Below are positions 36,817 through 46,628 of a DNA stretch of 49,598 nt, in pieces. Source of the DNA: Dimargaris cristalligena (Eukaryota); assembly GCA_003614675.1 (NCBI GenBank), contig ML002276.1:1-49598 (forward strand), given 5' to 3'. How positions within the stretch are numbered: the stretch's first letter is position 1; every line of letters starts with the position of its first letter. The notes below the pieces were generated by a model that was not told the DNA's origin, ran no database searches, and was given only the letters and a program-made list of their open reading frames with translations. The position numbers were made by a program, and so were the translations under genes.

Positions 36817-37918
36817 CTAGTCGCTTGCCTCTAGCAAATGGCGGGCGTGGAATTGGATATGGTCCTCAATGAAGGTTTGGATGTAAAAGTAGCTGTGGTC
36901 GAACCCGGGCCGCATCCGATTTTCAATGGCCAGCTGCTGCCGACCGGGGCCATTTTCGGCGGCTAGCAGAAAGTGCTGGGGCAGAAGCTGTTTTTGTTTA
37001 AGGAAGACATCTTGGTCACCCTGGTCCAGCAGGATGGGGAGCTGGGGCCCTCTATAGGACCGCGCCAGTTCCGTGGCATCGTAGGCCTCCCAGCAGGACC
37101 GATTGGTAGCTCCCAGGTAGCCCGAGAAGGCCTTGATACCCCAGGGACATTGGGTGGGGTGGCAGATGGCCGCCAGGACCGACACACTGCGGTAGCGGCC
37201 GGGGTTTTTGAGGGCGCTGATGAGGGCGCCGTGGCCCCCCATGGAATGGCCCATAATGGACGCCCGGTCGGGGTCCACCGCCAAGTGGGCGTGGATCAGG
37301 CCGGGTAATTCCCGGATTACGTAGCTGTACATTTGGTAGTGGGCGCTCCACGGGGCCTCGGTCGCGTCGACGTAGAATCCGGCCCCGCTGCCGAAATCCC
37401 ACGCGTCGTCTTGACCGGTTATGGTAACGCCGCGGGGGCTGGTGTCCGGGCACACGAGGGCAATCTTTTTGTCGGAGAGATACCGGAGGGCGCCGGCCTT
37501 TTGGATGAAATTATCTTCGGTGCAGGTCAGGCCGGACAGGAAATAGAGGACCTAGGGGTGGGAGGGAAGATATATTATATGGACAATGGATATGCGCGCC
37601 GTTAAGGAGATAGGTCAGCCCCTGGGGGAAATCGAGGGTGAATGTTAGCTTGCGGTAGCCACTACTGGTTAGTAGTCGGGTGCGCCTGGCCGCAACCCTT
37701 GAGTTTAGTGTAGGGCGTAAGGGAGCGAGAGGACGGGCCTAAGCTATACCAGTGGTAAAGGAGGAGAAGTGGAAGCTTACCGGCAGAGGTTCTTTGCTGT
37801 CGGGGAGGTAGACATTGAAGCGCATGGTGCACTTGAGGACCTCCGATTGGTGTTCATATTTGATGACGGAGCCCTCGAAGCAGCGGTTCTGGGATACAAT
37901 CTCAAGCTTGGCGGGCAT
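36817..37918 (-). CDS. ESD: S-formylglutathione hydrolase (esterase D); exons 37918-37781 and 37551-36817; 290 aa
   Basis: [99 protein letters not shown] phase-0 intron. Confidence 0.96.
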
Positions 37919-37977
37919 TGTGACGACGGGGAGGAGGAAGGTCGGACTGAGGGTAACTGGACTAGACTTAGAGGGGA

Positions 37978-37999
37978 ATGTGTGTGTGTGTGTGTGTGT
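37978..37999. repeat. (TG)n microsatellite
   Basis: Read directly. Confidence 0.9.
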
Positions 38000-39388
38000 G
38001 GTGGACTAGACTGCCAAAGCAAATCGGTAATGGAAGGGGCAATTAGACGGGTGACGAAGACCAATTAGCTGGAGATTAGTAGGGGAAAAGAACTGGGCCC
38101 GGTTCTATTTGGGATACCTTGGTAGAGGGTGTGCCAACGCCCAGCCACTATGTGTCTCTCAAGCGCAAATAGTACACAATTGATTAACTCTGCATTAGAA
38201 GCAGCGACCAAGTCACTACTGTATTGATCCACCCGGAACCCACGGCTGAATACCACCTTCACTGGCTTAAGGACCCATATGCTAGAGACATCCATATACC
38301 TGGCAACCGATAGTGTAATTTTTACACCTGTACCACCACCATTCCTTCATTCATACAGGACGGGAGTTACTTCATAGTTTCAGATGTAGAAAGGATTAAA
38401 GGAAAGAATCCTGCCTATTTCTACAGCGCAAGGTTCCACCACCCGACGGTTTCGGATTTCCAGGTCTCCGGTTGTTCTCCTCCAGCAAGCCAGCACGGCA
38501 TGGCTAGCCCCCACCACACACTGCCACATTATACTTGGTAGTAGAGAAATAGCAACTCCCACCCTATACTCGTCACCAGATTCGCCTTCCCGTCCACACA
38601 ATCTCCGTCCCCCAATCCTAGGCTGCTCCATCCAACCCCTCTCTCCCACACTGCAACTGATCAATGATACTCTCTGCCAATAGCACCTGAACTCTCTGAA
38701 TAAAATGGTACACTGAAATCTATTAGAATGGTCGGTGAGGTTTAAAACACCCCAGTGGACCTCAATTGCGAATAATAAGAAGGGGAAACAAGGACTCGGG
38801 GAGTCTCGTCGAATCAAGACAGCCGATGCGGCGTGTAGACGCGGCACGAACGATAGAGAAATGAAATATATAGTGGATAAAAGACCAGGGATGAAATGCG
38901 GTATATATTAAGATGTCCAATAATTGATGCATATTCGGGATTCCGTAGGGGAATCGGAAACGGGATTTAGAAAGGGAAAGCCATTAAAAAAATATAAGGA
39001 TGACGCGTGCGAATAGGGGAATAAATGAGGAGGATTAGGCCATCGAAAGAGAGGATATTTAGTCATCATATGATACGGGCGGTTAGAGTTAGGGTTAGCG
39101 TTAGAGGGTTAGCAAAACGGAATGCGCCGCCCTTTTTCGCATCGCCCCGTGCAAGTAAAGAAATATTATTAAGTGTGAGGTTCAATACAAAAAATTATAG
39201 AAACGATAGTCAGTCACGCGGGGAAGGGCCGAATCTTCCACCCCTGGCCAGCCCAGAGGCAGGGACGGACGATAACATTCCCGACAAGGGGTCTGCGCGA
39301 CTAGGTGTGTAATTCCGCCGTCCCCCAACCTCCGGATACCCCGAAAATACATCAGGGGAGGTAGGGGGCAAGGAACGGTACGGACCAC

Positions 39389-40276
39389 CTATACGGGCGA
39401 GGTGGCATCGACGGGGCGGTAGTGCGACGCATGGAGATTGTGGGTGGACATGGGCATCAGAGTCGATCCGTTGTTACCGGGGGGAATGTACACCATGTGG
39501 TTGACCTTGCCGTTGTTCATGAGCTGGGGGTCGGGGAAGTTGATGGTCCGGAACAGGCCCCGGCGAACAATTTGGGTGTCCCAGAGGTGCGAGACGGTGA
39601 ACCAGGTACCGATGGAAATGTACCAGGCGACCAGGACGTCCATGGTGTAATGGGCCCGGTTGGCAATGACCACAATGGACCCGGCCACGCACACGGCCAA
39701 AATGATAAAGGTGCCCACAATGCCCAGCATGTTGCGCGGGGCGTGCGAGATCCAGACCATGGTGCAGAGCACGAAAATGGTAGTGTGACCCGAAAACATA
39801 CAGTCGCCGCAGCGGTGCAGCCGGAAGGTCGACCAGAAGTCGCCCGTGACGAACTCGCAGCCAATCCGGGGGTCGGGAATAGACGTGATGGCGACGGTGG
39901 TGATGCGCATGATATTAACAATCAAACTCGAGCCGATGCCCTTCACCAGAATATAGTTGGGGCGACGGTTGAACAGGGCGGTCATGATGGCGGTGGGGGC
40001 GAACATCAGGGCGTCGAAAAAGTCCGTCAGCCACAGCTGGTCGACAGGGGGGATGACCTCAAAACCCAGGTCGGGCAGTACTTCGTGGTTCACAATGAGA
40101 CTACTCCGGTACGAAGCCACGTTGGCCATGACATTCATGAAATAGTAGGTCAAGCCCCAGCAGGACAGCAGGCACACGATGAAAATGGCGGTGGGTTTGT
40201 CGACGGGGTACCGTTCCTTCGCGAACGCGATAACGAACCGCTTAACGCGCTGAACGTCCAATTGTGAAGCAGCCAT
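39389..40276 (-). CDS. Sphingomyelin synthase family (PAP2_C) phosphosphingolipid synthase, 295 aa, multi-pass membrane protein
   Basis: D1-like VLPDLGF, D2-like RITTVAITSIPDP, D3 RCGDCMFSGHT and D4 RAHYTMDV with the His/His/Asp catalytic triad; about six hydrophobic segments. Confidence 0.9.
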   Translation of the reverse strand: MAASQLDVQRVKRFVIAFAKERYPVDKPTAIFIVCLLSCWGLTYYFMNVMANVASYRSSLIVNHEVLPDLGFEVIPPVDQLWLTDFFDALMFAPTAIMTALFNRRPNYILVKGIGSSLIVNIMRITTVAITSIPDPRIGCEFVTGDFWSTFRLHRCGDCMFSGHTTIFVLCTMVWISHAPRNMLGIVGTFIILAVCVAGSIVVIANRAHYTMDVLVAWYISIGTWFTVSHLWDTQIVRRGLFRTINFPDPQLMNNGKVNHMVYIPPGNNGSTLMPMSTHNLHASHYRPVDATSPV

Positions 40277-43200
40277 GGTGATTCAATGAAGCAAAAATCA
40301 AGTCAGAGAAGCAAGCGGAGTGAGGGGGGTAAGATAATATATATCTGGGGAAAAGGGAGCCAAACGGGGGAAAGGGTATGTCTATGATAATGAGTAGCCA
40401 AAGAGAACCTGGCTAGAGAAATAAATATATATATATAGAGAGCTAGAGTGAAGCGTCGGAGGATAATCCGGTAAATCCCCTGCAGGATTAGCAGTGGTGG
40501 AACAATAAGGTGAGGGGAGGGAAGTATAAATTACAGAGCAGGTCTTGGCACCAGGGCAGCCAGTGAACAGCAACAATAGAGGGGGGCTCGGAGAATTTAA
40601 AAGGCTGGTTTAGGCAAGCAGAAAAAATTGGCTTCCTTAGGATGGGGCTCCCAAGAAGAAACACTCGCGCTCGGGTAGGTGGCGAATATAAATATATAAA
40701 AAGCCCAGAAATGGCAATTAAAGTACTTTAAACTGGGGGGCCACTCTTCTACACAGTCGTGGACAGAATATTTCACCCGAAAGAAATATATAAATATCTC
40801 TATATATATAGATAGATAGATAGATAATGAGTGAAGGAGAAAAGCAAACCGTGGTGGAGCCGAGAAAAACCAGGGAATAGCACGGTGTACCAGGAACGGG
40901 CAGTCGGGAAAATAGGTATGAAACCAGTGAAAGGCTGGGTAAGACCGTAGTGGGGAGCTAGGCTCAATATTTTTACACACACACACACACAGCACGGTTA
41001 GGGTGAATAGGAAGGTGGAACCGGAACCGGAAGGCGGGCTAGGCAGGGAACTGGGCGCTCGGTCGAGACACACTGGCTGAGGCGAGGATGGAATTAGGGT
41101 TGGAGGGGCAATGGGCAAATGGGATCAACCACCGGGTGTGTTGTTGTGAAATGGAGGGAGGGAGAGGGGAAAAAGGCGGTCTGGCTACCTACTGCCGGGA
41201 CGAGGGCAAAACGGCCGGTATTAAAAGGAGATAGAAGGAAGGAAGGAAGGGTGGCGTCCGAATAATTTCAAAATAGGCAGGGCTATATAATAAACACGGG
41301 CGACGGGGTCGGGTCGAGTCGAGGAGTAACAACGGTACGGGCAGGTGGCACTATAAATAGTCGAAACGACGTAAGGAAAAGCGAGTCGCTGTTTTGATGC
41401 TTGGCACGACGGCGGTGTGGTCAAAATAGAAGAATAGCAGCCCTATCGTGTAACACAGAAAGGATTCTTGTGTCACTTGGGAGGGAAACCGAAAGAAGGA
41501 GCCGCTGGTAATAGGAATAGTCCGTTGTGATTATTGACGAGTCGTGCGAGGTTGTGAATAGCGACGGGGGAAAAGGAGTCGCGAGGACGAGGCGTAGAGT
41601 AGTAGGAATAGTAAAACTAAAAGTATAATGGAATCGGCACCAGGACCGCGAAATAGCGCAGAAATAGCCGAGCTCACTCATCGGCGGCAGGCTGCACTCT
41701 ATATACTCCCGCACTAGGGTCCGCCATGTATACGTAAGGCACGGGAGGTAGAAACAACGCCGATCCTCTCACTTTCTCTTCTCGGTATTTTCTTCACACC
41801 CTTTACCTTCCATAAATGAATGAGTGATAATAACATTACCATGCCTCTCTTCTATGTATTATTAGGGTTATTACCGTGGCCGCAATGCTGACGAGGCCTC
41901 TACCGTCCTACCCTACTGGCTCCCCCTCCCTGTATGTTCCGAGGTGCCCTGCCTGGGCTGACGAATCCCCGGGCCTCATCCATGTGTAGGTCCCCCACAC
42001 TGAGTGGCTCTTGCTGGCATCGGAGCCGTTCTCTAATCACTGGCAAGGCAATCTTTGCCGTCGTTGGCCACTCCATTATAAGAGACCATTCATTCTCTCT
42101 CCCCGCCTATTTTTCTTGCTCCATTCACTGTTGGTACTTCCATACTATAGAAAAAATAGATACTCTACTAATCCCAAATCATTTGTTGGTGGTGGTGACC
42201 ACCGCACCAATACGCACTATACCATGTTGTACTACGCTACAAAACCCCCTCGTCAACCTTAACGAAAAAAATACCACCATGAGCTTAGACGTGCCAAACA
42301 TGCCTATTAAAAATCACCAATATAATCTTCAAGGTGGATGATAAAAAACGCGCACCTTATCGAATGAAATTGGACTGGTCCAATAACCCGCTCCGTATCC
42401 GAGATGCTTCGATTGGTGTGTGGCTCGTATCCGATTCCGCCGACTAGCCGCCCTCCAATCCTGACTAATCACACCAATCTCCATCCCCATTTCTTATCTT
42501 TACGTATCCAAAGGGGTATTTTTTCTATGCCACAGGCCAGTTGGAACCGTTCGATTCCAGCCGAGAGTCATTTTTTGATTATTATTTGGCGGAGATTTCT
42601 CTAGCCCTCACTAAAGATATATATCCAACAAATCGCCTTGGTGGTACAAAGTGGCTAACCCTAATTCCCTCTCTAAACCCATCGCCCGGATCTGCCTGCG
42701 GTGCTTGCTAAATCCTCCACCCACCACTGTAGGCTAAACACGCTCCCCTCCATAAGCCCCGTATATCGAACCTTCCAATATTCCGTGGGATGGACAGTCC
42801 ACAGATATAACGGGGAAGCACCCAGCCCCGCTATTCACATGGCCATACACCAGTTCAGCTCACAGGCATGTTGGTGTGAACCAAGTAGTATACCACCACC
42901 ACAGGTCAGCTGTCAAGACTGTACTGGGCTGCTGGGCAATCCGCGGGATATTGGCCCAATGAGACATTCGCACGCAAAATCCCACCTATCCGAACCCCTT
43001 CTTCATTCGGGCTCCGCTGACGAGCGTGTTCATCCACCAACACTTCCATACGCGGAGTACACCCTGGCTGGTTGGTAATCCCACCTCCCCCCCTTCCAAA
43101 GATCTCAGTGATCCCTCGCTTCGCTTGAACAATCTTTGGCTTCTAACTGTACCCATTATTTGTCGCTTATCTCCTCCCCAAAAATAGCACGGTTTCTATT

Positions 43201-43945
43201 TCGGTCAGCGCCTCGGGTTCACCGAATCCGACCGTTACGGAAAATTCATCCTCGGCAACCATCCTAATCCTCTGGCGAGGTTTCCGGGTTAGTGGTGTCA
43301 GTCAAAAATCGGAGGTCGCTAGTCTGACCATCTTCCCGAAGGAGGGGCACACCTCACCAAAAACCATCGCCTATTTCTACGTCATAGCAGGCGGAAAGCC
43401 CTGGCAGCGCACACCGCAGGTCATATGGAGAAGGGGCTTGGCGAACTCTCACCATCAGCATCACTATAACTATCATCATCACTATTATTAACCGCCCCCC
43501 TTCTCAAAGTAGCGTTTCCATTAATACGCCTTATCATGAGAACCGTGGCGGTGAATTAGTCCAAGGTAGACGACGGGTGAAGGGTTTCGGGGGCTTCCGA
43601 ACCGGCCCGCAAACTGGGCTACGTCAACAGAATCCCACCTTCGTAAACATTGATATTAGGACCTGTATTATGTTCTCTTCCCCTATCGCCCCTGACGGAA
43701 TAATACACCCGTGATTACATGTGTTATTCCCTAACCCGCCTGGTAATAAATATTACTGAGACGTACTACAAAATGGGTGGCCAGGGTTAATCGACCCCCT
43801 TTTCTTTATCAGCCCATTCCACCTAGACAGCCCACCATAATACCTCTATTTCGAATCCGCCCATTTTAGATTAGTTATTTATCAAAATGCAGGTGGTGGT
43901 GTATAACACATACATCGTCATGGACGCTTGGCCCCTATTGGTGCA

Positions 43946-44213
43946 TTAACCTGGACGTGAGCCGCCACGATCGGTCCGGGTGTGATTTTCCCCCTCCCCC
44001 TTTTGTAGGCGAATGGTGTCCCCATCCTTAAGTCCCGCTTCAGCAATCGATTGGTTTCGCTGAGTCAGCGGCTGGGCGTCTCCTATAATGAGGCAATGGG
44101 TTTGCCAGAGGTTAGCCAGGCAGTTAATAGGCAGGGAATTCGGCACGTTGTGTAGTAGCCGTTCTAAAGCCAGCTGCAGGTGCCGAATTTGGGCAGTGGG
44201 GTATATCGAAACA

Positions 44214-44252
<39 letters not shown>

Positions 44253-44594
44253 GCATGACCCGTATTTTCAGGCAGATATTCCATACATATACATATATAA
44301 AGTGAGTGGAGGGCAATGTGGAATATGGCGGGCGTTTCTGGGTCTGTCTGAACTTTGAGTGTAATTTTACCGCAGTCTTTCAGTTCAGTAATGCACCATA
44401 TAGTCATGTTTTTTACCTATTTGGGCTGGGGAGCTGGGAGGAGGAAGTAGCACATGGAAAGTCAGCGCCTGTTGGTTTTCCAAGGCCAAGAGAGTCCGTA
44501 GTTCGGCAATGGGGGTGTCCAGGGTGACATCGTCAAGTACGGGATCCTGTAAGAGCGCCTGTAATTCGGAATTCAGTCTGTCGAGCTCTGACAT
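43946..44594 (-). CDS. SNRNP25: U11/U12 snRNP 25 kDa protein homologue (ubiquitin-like fold); exons 44594-44417 and 44214-43946; 148 aa (alternative in-frame ATG at 44627)
   Basis: Joining ORFs 44385..44627 and 43946..44407 across a GTAAAA..TAG phase-1 intron gives LQALLQDPVLDDVTLDTPIAELRTLLALENQQALTFHV...TAQIRHLQLAL...LWQTHCL..GDAQPL...SIAEAGLKDGDTIRL. By eye this matches human SNRNP25 as I recall it (QDPLLCDL...IALEYGQAMTVRV...ATVLDLKKAI...VWRTYHL...LRDYGIRNRDEVSF). Confidence 0.78.
44216..44247. repeat. (TA)n microsatellite abutting the 3' splice site of the SNRNP25 intron
   Basis: 16 TA units ending in the acceptor TAG on the minus strand. Confidence 0.93.
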
Positions 44595-46628
44595 GACCGT
44601 AGCAATGGGGGTAATGGAGAGATGCATTCAACCCAAGGCATGCGCCGCTGCGGAAGGCCTGTGGATGATATTCCCAGTAGTCGGGGCCTTTGAATCTAGC
44701 TTAGTTAGCCTATCTCTCCTCACCTCTCCCACCTGGCATTACAGTCGTTAAACGCCTCCCACCCTCCTTTCCTTATGGTGCCGAAGCCACCGACAAAGTC
44801 ACGTGATACGATTATTTGTGAAACACCCCCCCCCTTCCCTCCTCTCTAGTAGTGGATAATAGGAGGGAGGGTAATAGCCAGTACACAACAACACCCTCCT
44901 GGACACCATCGCTTAGTTTCAGATATCAGCGGTTGAATTCAAAACATCTGTATATAGTGGTTCATGTTTCGCCAGGTTTGACAACCTTTCTCGTGGAACG
45001 CTATTACTTCATAGACAACGTATGGGTTCAAGCCGAGGTCACTGCTGCTGGTAAGACAATCTAAACCACCCATCCTAGTAAATAATGCCAATCTAAATTC
45101 CATTGATGGGGCTCGACAATAGCCAAAATAGTCAACAATGCAAGTTTTTTCAGATGGCAAGCTGGCCTAGTCAGTTACTGCAAATCAAATGGTTACTTTG
45201 GGTGGTGTGAGGGTAATTCGTCCCTATTGAAACTATACCACGAGCTCGCGCTTATCTAGGACTACTACTGCACCGTCAATATCGGCATCTCGGCGGAAGA
45301 GGCTCGCCTCATTTTGACCTCTTCTAATATTTCTGATAAAATTAAGAACCCGTCTAGACGTTTGGGCTTGGTACAATTCTGATTTCCCAAAATCGATGGA
45401 CCTTGGCTGCTCTTTGACTACAGTCTACCGGGTAAATAGTTCATCCTAAACTAATGGCTGGTTGGGCCATATCCCCAATATCACACCATACCTTTCTTCC
45501 CTACCGATTATGGTGCACTATTCTAATGCCGACTTTAGCCAGCCACTCGGCTATTTCAGCAACCCATACCTCGATTCACAATGGTGGCAGGAGAGGGAGG
45601 GGTGGGATGTCATGGCTGTTAATCTGCAGCCATTCTGCACAGAATGCGGGTGCGCGGGCCTTTTTGGCGTTGACTATATCTGGAGGATAGATATTCACCC
45701 CCATTGGTTGCGACGAGTGTAGTTATCCAAACATGGTAAGGGAGGGGGGGAGTGGAATGTGGCGAGAATTCGAAACGCAAGGATTATTATTGATGCATGG
45801 CCAGGACCCCCACATTCCGAATGGCCTGGAATGCCTTTAGCCACAGGTGCCAGCGATACCTGCTGCTTGGGTGGGACCAGTTTACAAAGGACACCCCATA
45901 TACCGCTGCTAACAACGATACTACTATGCCTAATGAATGAATGGCCTACTATACCCAAGGGTGAGGAGAAGCGTGGTTGGACAGGTTCTAGACCAAGTGG
46001 TTGTTTGGGAGAGGGAGGTCACGGCGTTAGCCCAGACCCAACGGAACAACAAGCAACTGGCCCGCTGACCCAGAAAAAGCAGCCTAAGAAGCAGCGATGC
46101 TTGGTTTTCGCATACATCTTCTATGCACTCCATGGGCCGAGCTGTTGGTTCACCTTGATAGAGTTGAAAGAATCTCCGCCTCAGCCTTTTACCGCGTCTC
46201 TTTCTCTCTTCTTCTCCACTTTTCTCTGTTATTGTATCTTTATTCGCCAAGTCACTTAACCCCATAGGTCGTTTGTCCACAGCGCGCCCGAGCTTCTCTC
46301 TTCTTCGCCATCCCCGACTGCCTGGCTTTTCAGGCCATTCTATTGGAACCACCACCTCGAACACCGAACCTCAGTTACTACACTGCCGTATTAGGCTTGG
46401 ACCCCCCTCCCCTTGGTTGTCTTGACTATTCTCTATTATACTTGACCCCATCCCCACGGGATACTCCAGCCTGTTTTCATACCCCAGGTTCCCCCTCGCG
46501 TACCGTGTCGCCCGTTCTCTGCATTTTCCTCGCTAAAAGTTCAGCGCCGTTGACCCGAGCCTCTTCACTATTCATTCGGACCTTCTCCTTCCAACCCAGT
46601 GTTTACTCATTTTGCAATTTCCCATCCC

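Noticed and set aside
36780..36819. Stop-codon readthrough creating cryptic peroxisomal signals (checked ESD, esterase, PPIH, HOG1)
   Set aside because: No TGA-CTA context and the extensions do not end in SKL-like tripeptides
37601..37610. Perfect U12-type branch sequence TCTCCTTAAC (minus strand) in the ESD intron
   Set aside because: The donor is U2-type GTAAGC and the acceptor is about 47 nt away, too far for a U12 intron; chance or at most a relic
42541..42570. B-box-like GTTCGATTCC suggesting a tRNA
   Set aside because: Flanks do not form a T-arm or acceptor stem and no cloverleaf is visible
41888..43030. Three GCTGACGA strings resembling a hammerhead CUGAnGA core
   Set aside because: No stem II followed by GAAA at any copy
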